DNA from: Desulfosporosinus meridiei DSM 13257 | GTDB taxonomy: Bacteria; Bacillota; Desulfitobacteriia; Desulfitobacteriales; Desulfitobacteriaceae | Assembly: GCF_000231385.2 (NCBI RefSeq) | Contig: NC_018515.1 | Span: 4,829,624 to 4,861,623, forward strand | Direction of reading: 5' to 3' | DNA: 32,000 nucleotides | Shown here: in pieces, positions 1-9,638 of the stretch | Layout: the number at the start of each line of letters is the position of its first letter | Position numbering within the stretch: position 1 is the stretch's first letter | Made by a program: the position numbers and the translations under genes | Notes under the pieces: model-generated | Told to the model about the DNA's origin: nothing | What the model saw: only the letters and a program-made list of their open reading frames with translations | Databases searched by the model: none

Positions 1-206
1 TAATTCATCCACAATAACTGACAATTCATTTTCTAGTATTTCTAAAAATGTTAACTTAATTCAATAGCATTTGCAATCTATAACTCTTAGACAACCTTCA
101 CAAATAATAAATAAACAAAAAAAGTCCTGATATTTCCTCGCAGGAAATTTACAGAACCTTAGGTTTCTCTCTATAATTATGACCTTAACTAACTACATCC
201 AAATGA

Positions 207-282
<76 letters not shown>

Positions 283-290
283 AAACAAAT

Positions 291-366
291 TGGTGACCCG
301 TACGGGATTCGAACCCGTGTAACCGCCGTGAAAGGGCGGTGTCTTAGACCGCTTGACCAACGGGCC
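291..366 (-). tRNA. tRNA-Glu (TTC)
   Basis: Reverse complement GGCCCGTTGGTCAAGCGGTCTAAGACACCGCCCTTTCACGGCGGTTACACGGGTTCGAATCCCGTACGGGTCACCA; anticodon loop CTTTCAC, encoded CCA. Confidence 0.97.
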
Positions 367-408
367 ATTATAGTTTGTGAGGCATTTAAAAGGCGCTCAC
401 AAATATGA

Positions 409-437
409 ATATTACACTAAGTATCTACTTTTGTCAA
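409..437 (-). promoter_or_regulatory. Sigma-A-type promoter for the tRNA-Glu/tRNA-Phe unit
   Basis: Minus strand TTGACA, 17-nt spacer (AAAGTAGATACTTAGTG), TAATAT. Confidence 0.8.
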
Positions 438-657
438 CACTAATTCTTTAATTCTTATAGTTTATTTGGCAAATTTCTTACGCTTAGAAAAGCCTCTTTA
501 TTTTAAAGATAAAACTATCAAATTTATTATACCTTTATAGGTTTTCGCACTACCAATTTAAGGAGTCTCTTACATTTAAGAGGGTTTATATCATTTTGGT
601 AATGATTAAAAACAACCACATTGAGAATAAAGAAATGCAAACTTCAAGTCTACAGGA

Positions 658-688
658 CGCCCCCACTATAGATTATAGAATGGGGGCG
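658..688 (-). terminator. Strong hairpin downstream of the first chemoreceptor gene; possible terminator or 3'-end structure without a clear U tract
   Basis: CGCCCCCA / TGGGGGCG perfect 8-bp stem with nested CTATA-gat-TATAG, 44 nt past the MCP stop. Confidence 0.5.
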
Positions 689-731
689 CTAAAAGGCTAG
701 GCCGTCTTATAACTCATTTCACTGAAACTTA

Positions 732-2501
732 TTAGTCTACACTAAATTTCTTTAAAGTTTCCTGCAACTCTTCCGCCATATTAGCCAACACCTGGCTGGA
801 AGAGGCAATTTCCTCCACCGAGGCTGATTGTTCCTCTGTGGCTGCCGATACGGTTTGGGTCTGTCCCGTAATTTCTTTACTCGTCTCATAGATCTCCGAA
901 ACCGAGGCGACTATTCTTTCACTGCCTACAGCCATTTGTTGAATTTCTTCAGAGATTTCTTCAATCTGAGCGGTTACGACATTAATTAAACCCGTTATTT
1001 CGCTAAATGCTTGTCCTGCAGTTTCTGCTACCTCTGTTCCCAATTTGACTTGATGGGTTCCTTCACTAATCGATAACACAGCCTTTTGTGTATCTTGCTG
1101 GATACCCGTAATTAGTGTCGCAATTTGCTTTGAGGCTTCTTGAGATTGTTCTGCTAGCTTTCTTACCTCGTCTGCAACCACCGCAAAACCACGGCCCTGT
1201 TCGCCCGCTCGTGCTGCTTCAATGGCTGCATTCAAGGCCAGAAGATTGGTCTGGGCAGCGATACCGGAAATGGTATCAACAATTTGTCCGATCTCCTTAG
1301 AACGCTCTCCTAAGTTCGTAACCATATCGGCTGATCCGGTAACCGTTCTTTCAATGTTCATCATTTGTTGTATCGTCTTATCGATCGCCTGACTTCCTTC
1401 AGACGCTGAGTGTGCAGTCCTTTCCGATGACTTTACCACTGTTTTCGCATTCTCCAACATATGCTGGATTCCTGCTGACATCTCTTCGACGCTTGCTGAT
1501 GTCTCATTGACGGCAGTCAGCTGTTTCTCAGCACCTAAAGATACCTCCGTTATGGCTACCGCCACTTGGTGCGACGCTTGAGCAGATTGCTCCGCTCCCA
1601 GACTCAACTGCTGAGATGAGGCAGCAACTTGCTTGGAAGACGATGATATATGGTCAACCAGCTCGATTAAGTTTTCCGTCATTGTTTTAAAGGCTTTGCC
1701 CAGTTGACCTAACTCATCTTTAGAATTAATACTAAGATTCTCAACCTTGAGGTTTCCTTTGGCAATTTCATCAGCATTTTTTGCTATTGCTACAATATTA
1801 TTTGTGATCTTCTTACTTAACATAGTCCCTAGAACGAGCGATATTCCTATAGCAACGAGCATGGATACTAGCGTAAAAATTATATCTCGTTTAGCCTTTT
1901 GTTCCAATTCAAGTTGTTTGACTTCAACAAGTTTATCAATATTATCTACCCAATTCCCAGTCCCGATTACCCAATTATAGGGTTCAAATAGCAAGGTGTA
2001 ACTTCTCTTTGGCAAAGGCTCTGTTTCATTCGGCTTAGCAAATGTATAATCTGTATAACCACCACTAACTTGAGTTCCATTCTTTATGAACTCCTGAACA
2101 AAGGATACTCCGGCGCTATCTTTGGCTTCATAGCGGGATTTACCTTCAGTATCTCTTCCCAGCAGAACAACGTTTATCCCCTCTGTGGTATCCACCCAAA
2201 AATAATTTTCTCCATCAAAGCGCAAATTTCTTACTAAATCCGCCGCTTTCTTTTTCGCTTCTTCTGGAGTCAGTTCTCCCTTTTGCTGACTATTATAAAC
2301 ATCCTGTACTAGGCTGTGGGCAGTCTGTACCTGAAGCATAATCGTCCGATCGAATTGATCGTACAAGGTAGTTCGATACTGTTCAAGATTAGCTTTTTCC
2401 GCAACTAGTAAATTATAAATGCTGTACCCGCCGAGAATGGAACCCATTATTAGGGCCAATGTTACTAACATAAGAATAATTCGGTATTTAATCTTTGTCA
2501 T
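732..2501 (-). CDS. Methyl-accepting chemotaxis protein, sCache_2-like sensor + HAMP + MCP signalling domain
   Basis: 589-aa ORF; N-terminal TM, Cache-like NYFWVDTTEGINVVLLGRD...VIGTGNWVDNID, HAMP, and canonical hairpin tip EIGQIVDTISGIAAQTNLLALNAAIEAARAGEQGRGFAVVADEVRKLAEQS. Confidence 0.96.
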   Translation of the reverse strand: MTKIKYRIILMLVTLALIMGSILGGYSIYNLLVAEKANLEQYRTTLYDQFDRTIMLQVQTAHSLVQDVYNSQQKGELTPEEAKKKAADLVRNLRFDGENYFWVDTTEGINVVLLGRDTEGKSRYEAKDSAGVSFVQEFIKNGTQVSGGYTDYTFAKPNETEPLPKRSYTLLFEPYNWVIGTGNWVDNIDKLVEVKQLELEQKAKRDIIFTLVSMLVAIGISLVLGTMLSKKITNNIVAIAKNADEIAKGNLKVENLSINSKDELGQLGKAFKTMTENLIELVDHISSSSKQVAASSQQLSLGAEQSAQASHQVAVAITEVSLGAEKQLTAVNETSASVEEMSAGIQHMLENAKTVVKSSERTAHSASEGSQAIDKTIQQMMNIERTVTGSADMVTNLGERSKEIGQIVDTISGIAAQTNLLALNAAIEAARAGEQGRGFAVVADEVRKLAEQSQEASKQIATLITGIQQDTQKAVLSISEGTHQVKLGTEVAETAGQAFSEITGLINVVTAQIEEISEEIQQMAVGSERIVASVSEIYETSKEITGQTQTVSAATEEQSASVEEIASSSQVLANMAEELQETLKKFSVD

Positions 2502-2550
2502 CTCTATATATCCCCTTCATCCAAATAATTTGAGTCCATTACCTAATAAA

Positions 2551-2580
2551 AGAAAAAACCGCCCCCTTTAGACAAGGCGC
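2551..2580 (-). terminator. Intrinsic terminator of the c-di-GMP riboswitch expression platform
   Basis: Minus strand CGCCTT-gtctaaag-GGGGCG followed by GTTTTTTC; about 50 nt upstream of the MCP start and overlapping the 3' arm of P1. Confidence 0.75.
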
Positions 2581-2674
2581 GTTATAATCCTAATTGGTAA
2601 CTCGGCCATCTTTACCCCTAAGAGTGGAAGATCCGTAGCTTTGCGTCCTGAGCTTTCGCTCAGTTTGCCTTGTC
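2571..2674 (-). promoter_or_regulatory. Cyclic-di-GMP-I (GEMM) riboswitch aptamer upstream of the first chemoreceptor gene
   Basis: Minus strand GACAAGGCAAACTGAGCGAAAGCTCAGGACGCAAAGCTACGGATCTT...AAGATGGCCGAGTTACC...GCCTTGTC. It matches the GEMM-I core (GGCAAAC, GNRA-capped P2, GGACGCAAAGC, GAGTTACC) and has an 8-bp P1. Confidence 0.93.
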
Positions 2675-2844
2675 AATAACTTTATATCTTTATATAATTT
2701 TAAAAAATCTTCTTCATATTTGCTTTTATTTGACTATAACATACAAAAAGTAAATATTATATATATTTTTTCAATTTTCATCAAATTTCTGTTTCCTTTT
2801 ACGTTCCAACCTTTGCTTTAACTATAATTAGACTAATATATAAC

Positions 2845-2884
2845 AAAAAAAGACAGAGACCCCATTTAGTCCCTGTCCTTTTTT
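2845..2884. terminator. Bidirectional intrinsic terminator (3' end of the tRNA-Lys unit)
   Basis: AAAAAAAGACAG-agaccccatttagtcc-CTGTCCTTTTTTT, A and T runs on both sides of the stem. Confidence 0.85.
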
Positions 2885-2945
2885 GAGCGCTATTTTAGGG
2901 TTGTAACCCTTTCGAATACCTTCTTGATACACTTAAACAATTATT

Positions 2946-3021
2946 TGGTGAGCCATCCGCGACTCGAACGCGGGACACCCTGATTAAAAGTCAGGTGCTC
3001 TACCGACTGAGCTAATGGCTC
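2946..3021 (-). tRNA. tRNA-Lys (TTT)
   Basis: Reverse complement GAGCCATTAGCTCAGTCGGTAGAGCACCTGACTTTTAATCAGGGTGTCCCGCGTTCGAGTCGCGGATGGCTCACCA; anticodon loop CTTTTAA. Confidence 0.97.
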
Positions 3022-3042
3022 GTATTGGTACCACGAGTTATT

Positions 3043-3071
3043 ATTCTACACGAAATTACTAAATGTGTCAA
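3043..3071 (-). promoter_or_regulatory. Sigma-A-type promoter for tRNA-Lys
   Basis: Minus strand TTGACA, 17-nt spacer (CATTTAGTAATTTCGTG), TAGAAT, just upstream of tRNA-Lys. Confidence 0.8.
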
Positions 3072-3130
3072 GATATTTTTGTCATTATAGGTATAGGTTT
3101 TCTATAAAACAACATAGAACATGGACAATG

Positions 3131-4897
3131 CTATATCGTGAATTTCTTCAAAGTTTCTTGCAACTCTTCCGCCATATTAGCCAACACCTGGCTGGAAGAG
3201 GCAATTTCCTCCACCGAGGCTGATTGTTCCTCTGTGGCTGCCGATACGGTTTGGGTCTGTCCCGTGATTTCTTTACTCGTCTCATAGATCTCCGAAACCG
3301 AGGCGACTATTCTTTCACTGCCTACAGCCATTTGTTGAATCTCTTCAGAGATTTCTTCAATCTGAGCGGTTACGACATTAATTGAACCCGTTATTTCACT
3401 AAATGCTTGTCCTGCGGTTTCTGCTACCTCAGTTCCCAATTTGACTTGATGGGTACCTTCACTGATCGATAACACAGCCTTTTGTGTATCTTGCTGAATA
3501 CCCGTAATTAGTGTCGCAATTTGCTTTGAGGCTTCTTGAGATTGTTCTGCTAGCTTTCTTACCTCGTCTGCAACCACCGCAAAACCACGGCCCTGTTCGC
3601 CCGCTCGTGCTGCTTCAATGGCTGCATTCAAGGCGAGAAGATTGGTCTGGGCAGCGATACCGGAAATGGTATCAACAATTTGTCCGATCTCCTTGGAACG
3701 CTCCCCTAAGTTCGTAACCATATCGGCTGATCCTGTGACCGTTCTTTCAATGTTCATCATTTGCTGAATCGTCTTATCGATCGCCTGACTTCCTTCAGAC
3801 GCTGAGTGTGCAGTCCTTTCCGATGACTTTACCACTGTTTTCGCATTCTCCAACATATGTTGGATTCCTGCTGACATTTCTTCGACGCTTGCTGATGTCT
3901 CATTGACGGCAGTCAGCTGTTTCTCTGCCCCTAAGGATACCTCCGTTATGGCTACCGCCACTTGGTGCGAGGCTTGAGCAGATTGCTCCGCTCCCAGACT
4001 CAATTGCTGAGATGAGGCAGCAACTTGCTTGGAAGACGATGATATATGGTCAACCAGCTCGATTAAGTTTTCCGTCATTGTTTTAAAGGCTTTGCCTAGT
4101 TGACCTAACTCATCCTTAGAATTAATACTAAGGTTCTCAACCTTAAGGTTTCCCTTGGCAATTTCATCAGCATTTCGGGCTATTGCTACGATATTATTTG
4201 TAATCTTCTTACTTAACATAGTCCCTAGAATTAGTGATATTCCTATAGCAACGAACATGGATACTAACGTAAAAATTATGTCTCGTTTACCCATTTTTTC
4301 TAATTCAAGTTGTTTAGCTTCAACAAGTTTATCAATATTATCTACCCAATTCCCAGTCCCGATTACCCAATTGTAAGGTTCAAATACCAAGGTATAACTT
4401 CTTTTTGGCGAAGGTTCTGTTTCATTAGGCTTAGGAAAACTATAAGCGGTAAAGCCCCCGCCATCCTGAGTTCCCTTAGCAATCATCTCTTGGATAAACA
4501 AATTTCCTGAGCTATCTTTAGACTCATAGCGAGATTTACCTTCAGTATCTCTCCCCAGCAGAACAACGTTAATCCCCTCAGTGGTATCAATCCAAAAGTA
4601 ATTGCCATCATCAAAGCTCAAATTTCTTACTAAATCTGCCGCTTTCTTCTTTGCTTCTTCCGGAGTCAATTCTCCTCTTTGCTGGCTATTGTAAACATCC
4701 TGTACTAGGCTGTGAGCAGTCTGTACCTGTAGCATAATCGTCCGGTCGAATTGATCGTACAGGGTAGTTCGATACTGTTCAAGATTAGCCTTTTCCGCAA
4801 CTATTAAATTATAAATGCTGTACCCGCCGAGAATAGAACCCATAATAAGGGCTAATGTTATTAACATAAGAATAATCCGGTACTTGATTTTTGTCAT
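3131..4897 (-). CDS. Methyl-accepting chemotaxis protein, sCache_2-like sensor; tandem paralogue of 732..2501
   Basis: 588-aa ORF with the same architecture; HAMP/signalling half almost residue-for-residue identical to the first copy. Confidence 0.96.
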   Translation of the reverse strand: MTKIKYRIILMLITLALIMGSILGGYSIYNLIVAEKANLEQYRTTLYDQFDRTIMLQVQTAHSLVQDVYNSQQRGELTPEEAKKKAADLVRNLSFDDGNYFWIDTTEGINVVLLGRDTEGKSRYESKDSSGNLFIQEMIAKGTQDGGGFTAYSFPKPNETEPSPKRSYTLVFEPYNWVIGTGNWVDNIDKLVEAKQLELEKMGKRDIIFTLVSMFVAIGISLILGTMLSKKITNNIVAIARNADEIAKGNLKVENLSINSKDELGQLGKAFKTMTENLIELVDHISSSSKQVAASSQQLSLGAEQSAQASHQVAVAITEVSLGAEKQLTAVNETSASVEEMSAGIQHMLENAKTVVKSSERTAHSASEGSQAIDKTIQQMMNIERTVTGSADMVTNLGERSKEIGQIVDTISGIAAQTNLLALNAAIEAARAGEQGRGFAVVADEVRKLAEQSQEASKQIATLITGIQQDTQKAVLSISEGTHQVKLGTEVAETAGQAFSEITGSINVVTAQIEEISEEIQQMAVGSERIVASVSEIYETSKEITGQTQTVSAATEEQSASVEEIASSSQVLANMAEELQETLKKFTI

Positions 4898-5272
4898 TTC
4901 TGTATGTCCCCTTCTGTCAAATACTTATTAGCTGCAGAGCATGACAAAACCTAACCAAGGCTACATATACAACTGTAACTTAACTTACATAACTGAACTA
5001 AAACTAGTCATCTCAGTGTTCTATGCAATGTAGAGATTTCGATTAGTGTCATATTTCTCTTATGAATATACCACATTAAGTACCAATATTATATACACAT
5101 CGCCAAATTAATCCTATTTTCGACACTCTTTAACTCTTTCCTTAATTTCAAATATTTAACGTTTTCTTAACCCCTTAACATTTACTTTGATTCTAAAAAT
5201 TTCTTATACTTGGTTAAATCTTCATTTTCTCTGCGCTCCAGACAAAGCAGTTAAAAGCATCCATACTAAAAT

Positions 5273-5305
5273 AACAAAAAGAGAAGCATATCAATGATAC
5301 GCTTC
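5273..5305 (-). terminator. Intrinsic terminator downstream of purA
   Basis: Minus strand GAAGCGTATCattGATATGCTTC followed by TCTTTTTGTT. Confidence 0.8.
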
Positions 5306-5346
5306 CCTTTTGTAATTTGTATTATAAAATTGAGCCAGTAGTATTC

Positions 5347-6657
<1,311 letters not shown>

Positions 6658-7959
6658 CTAATCTTCTAATCCTAGTCGCTTAAAGATATCCTCCACGTGA
6701 CGCAGATGATAGCCCAAATCAAATAAGCCTTGAATCTCCACTTTTGTCAAATAGTTTAAAACCCGACTATCCTCAGATACCACATCTATAAAATCCAGCC
6801 CTTGATCCCAGGCATGAAAAGCATTTTGTTGAACCCAAGCGTAGGCCTCTTCTCTCATACATCCATGTTCAACAAGTGCCAAAAGTACCCGTTGAGATGA
6901 TGTCAATCCATAGGTCTTCTGGAGATTCTTCTTCATCTGATCATCACGAATTTTGAGTCCAGAAATAACCTTGCTCATCTGGCGAAGCATATGATCCAGC
7001 AGAATACAACTGTCCGGGAGAATGATCCGCTCCACGGAAGAATGAGTCATATCCCTCTCATGCCAAAGGGAAATATTTTCCATTGCTGCTAAAGCATTTC
7101 CTCTTAACAGCCTCGACATTCCGGACACTTGCTCGCAAATGATCGGATTACGCTTATGGGGCATTGCAGAAGAGCCCTTTTGACCTTCTGCAAAGGGTTC
7201 TTCAACTTCTAGGATATCGGTACGTTGCAGGTTTCGGATTTCTGTGGCTATTTTTTCGATAGAGCCGCCAATCAGGGCTAAGGTAGTGACAAAATGGGCG
7301 TGTCTATCTCTTTGCAATATTTGATTACTTACCAAAGCATTTCCTAACTGCAGTTCCTGACATACAGCCTCTTCTATTTCTGGAGACACGTTAGCATAGG
7401 TTCCAACAGCGCCTGAAATTTTTCCCGCACTAACTGATTCTATAGCTTGGTCAAGACGTTCGCTTTGACGGTCAATCTCGGCAATCCATAAGGCTAGCTT
7501 CAAACCAAAGGTAAGGGGTTCCGCATGAATACCATGTGTCCGCCCGACCATTACTGTATACTTACTCTCCAGCGCTCGCTTAGCCAAAGCATCTCGTAAC
7601 TCTTTTAAGTCCTTCTTAAGCAACAGTCCCGAATCTCTTAAGACAAGGCTTAATGCTGTGTCTTTAACATCAGAAGAGGTCAAGCCAAGGTGCAAATATT
7701 TCCCCGACTCCCCTATTTCCTCTACCACGGCTTGCAAAAAAGCAATTAGGTCATGGCGCACGATAGCTTCAATTTCTAAAACCCTTTTCGGATTAACTTT
7801 GGCCTTTTCCCGAATTTCCTTCATAGCTTCTTGAGGGATTTCTCCCCGCTTAGCCATAACCTCGGCGACCGCTAATTCAACTTGCAGCCAGCGGTCATAT
7901 TCATATCCGTCCTGCCACAGTTTTCCCATTTCCTGATGCGTATATCGATCGAGCAACAA
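6658..7959 (-). CDS. purB: Adenylosuccinate lyase
   Basis: 433 aa; contains the SSAMPHKRNP fumarase/ASL superfamily signature and GRTHG motif. Confidence 0.98.
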   Translation of the reverse strand: MLLDRYTHQEMGKLWQDGYEYDRWLQVELAVAEVMAKRGEIPQEAMKEIREKAKVNPKRVLEIEAIVRHDLIAFLQAVVEEIGESGKYLHLGLTSSDVKDTALSLVLRDSGLLLKKDLKELRDALAKRALESKYTVMVGRTHGIHAEPLTFGLKLALWIAEIDRQSERLDQAIESVSAGKISGAVGTYANVSPEIEEAVCQELQLGNALVSNQILQRDRHAHFVTTLALIGGSIEKIATEIRNLQRTDILEVEEPFAEGQKGSSAMPHKRNPIICEQVSGMSRLLRGNALAAMENISLWHERDMTHSSVERIILPDSCILLDHMLRQMSKVISGLKIRDDQMKKNLQKTYGLTSSQRVLLALVEHGCMREEAYAWVQQNAFHAWDQGLDFIDVVSEDSRVLNYLTKVEIQGLFDLGYHLRHVEDIFKRLGLED

Positions 7960-8013
7960 ACTTCGCCCCCAGTCATTCTTAACCCCTTAGTTGATCTAAA
8001 TTGTTATTATTAA

Positions 8014-9426
8014 TTATTCTTTAGCGACAATATCTCTGGCAACAACAATCCCTGTAGCCGAAGCCTGCATTAACCCTCGGGTTATTCCTGCTCCATCTCC
8101 TATAGCGTATAACCTAGGTATGGTTGTTTCAAAATTTGGCGCAACTTTAACTTTAGATGAGTAGAATTTAACCTCTACCCCGTATAATAGTGTGTTTTTG
8201 GAATACATACCAGGTGCAATTTTATCAAAGGCTTTCAACGTCTCAATAAGAGAGGTCAAGTAGCGTTCAGGGAGTACATAACTTAGGTCTCCCGGAACAG
8301 CTGAACGAAGAGTTGGAACCGTTGTAGACTTTCGTAAGCGTTCCTCTGTTGTACGTCTCCCTTGTAAAAGATCTCCTAAGCGCTGAACCATTACACCTCC
8401 GCCAGTCAGCATATTAGCCAACCGGGCGATATATCGTCCATATTCTATGGGTTGGTTAAAGGGCTCAGTGAAACGAGTAGATACTAATAAGGCAAAATTC
8501 GTATTCTTGGTTTTTTTAGTCGGATCGGCATAACTATGTCCGTTTACAACCGCAATATCCCCATCATAGTGCTCTTCTGAGACTACACCGCCAGGATTGA
8601 CACAAAAGCTCCGCGTCTTCAAATCATAGGTATCTGAATAATACACTAGCTTAGGTTCATATAGTTCACGTGTTAAATGATCAATTATAGAGTTAGGAAC
8701 CTCGACACGGACACCTATATCCACCTCATTGTTTTCTGTTACGACACCCAATCGAACTGTCTGATCAGCAAGCCAATTCGCTCCGCCCCGGCCAGGGGCA
8801 GCAACCACATAGCGGGCATACACTTCATCAAGTTCTTCTTCACTTCGACGTTGAATAACAGCACCTATAGCACCTTCCGAGTCGGCAAGGATATTCTTTA
8901 CCTCAGCAAGTTCCCAAAAAATCGTATTGGTCTTTTGCATGAGATGCTCATACATACCTTTCAGGACATCGTAAGCCAGTTCTGTTCCTAAATGTCGAAC
9001 AGGGCAATGAATCAGGGCAATATTGTGACGGGATGCCTCATACTCAATCTCTTCAACCCGACGGTTATCTAAGCCATACACTGTTTCTTGAGCTCCGAAA
9101 TGTCTGTAGATAGAATCGGCATAATCAATTAAATCCTGAGCTTGATCTTCTCTCATATATTCAACTAAACGACCGCCTACTGCAGGACTTAGAGACAACT
9201 TTCCATCACTGAAAGCTCCTGCGCCCGACCACCCTCTAGTGATAGCACAGGGATTACAGCCTCCGCAAACTCCTGTAGTACGCGCAGGACACTTGCGCTT
9301 TTCAATACTTCGCCCATTATCAACAATTAGAATTTTCAGATCTTTATTATGCTTCGTTAACTCTAAGGCCGTAAAAATTCCGGCCGGACCGGCTCCGATA
9401 ATTAAGACATCAACATTATGTTTCAA
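8014..9426 (-). CDS. NAD(P)/FAD-dependent dehydrogenase, COG2509-like
   Basis: 470 aa; GAGPAGIFTALEL dinucleotide-binding motif, Cys cluster CPARTTGVCGGCNPC, C-terminal YAIGDGAGITRGLMQASATG FAD-binding motif. Confidence 0.9.
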   Translation of the reverse strand: MKHNVDVLIIGAGPAGIFTALELTKHNKDLKILIVDNGRSIEKRKCPARTTGVCGGCNPCAITRGWSGAGAFSDGKLSLSPAVGGRLVEYMREDQAQDLIDYADSIYRHFGAQETVYGLDNRRVEEIEYEASRHNIALIHCPVRHLGTELAYDVLKGMYEHLMQKTNTIFWELAEVKNILADSEGAIGAVIQRRSEEELDEVYARYVVAAPGRGGANWLADQTVRLGVVTENNEVDIGVRVEVPNSIIDHLTRELYEPKLVYYSDTYDLKTRSFCVNPGGVVSEEHYDGDIAVVNGHSYADPTKKTKNTNFALLVSTRFTEPFNQPIEYGRYIARLANMLTGGGVMVQRLGDLLQGRRTTEERLRKSTTVPTLRSAVPGDLSYVLPERYLTSLIETLKAFDKIAPGMYSKNTLLYGVEVKFYSSKVKVAPNFETTIPRLYAIGDGAGITRGLMQASATGIVVARDIVAKE

Positions 9427-9491
9427 TGGTTTTCCCTCCTAAGAGCCGTTAATTTTTAGATTCATAAATAACCACATTCGCAAACAATTTT

Positions 9492-9520
9492 ATCTTAACA
9501 ATCCAGCCTCTCATTGTCAA
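9492..9520 (-). promoter_or_regulatory. Sigma-A-type promoter upstream of the FAD dehydrogenase-purB-purA cluster
   Basis: Minus strand TTGACA, 17-nt spacer (ATGAGAGGCTGGATTGT), TAAGAT, about 65 nt upstream of the start codon. Confidence 0.7.
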
Positions 9521-9600
9521 TCCAATTGTCGAACATTAATCTAAAAAATACATAAAACATTCGACATTTCTTGAGTCGCTACTTTATTATAAAACCACAT

Positions 9601-9630
9601 AAAAACCCCCTTGCAAATTCGCAAGGGGTT
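9601..9630 (-). terminator. Intrinsic terminator downstream of dnaB
   Basis: Minus strand ACCCCTTGCgaatttGCAAGGGGGTTTTT. Confidence 0.9.
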
Positions 9631-9638
9631 AATATGAC

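Noticed and set aside
1115-1300. Plus-strand ORF MSQFALRLLEIVLL... repeated at 3511..3717
   Set aside because: Antisense to the conserved MCP signalling domain; it occurs twice only because the two MCP genes are near-identical. No independent coding evidence.
1747-1980. Plus-strand ORFs 1747..1980, 4155..4376 and 4310..4510 over the MCP genes
   Set aside because: Shadow ORFs antisense to the strongly supported MCP coding sequence.
4898-5100. Possible second GEMM riboswitch before the downstream MCP copy
   Set aside because: Searched both strands for the conserved aptamer cores and found none.
8677-8991. 104-aa plus-strand ORF within the FAD dehydrogenase gene
   Set aside because: Antisense shadow ORF.
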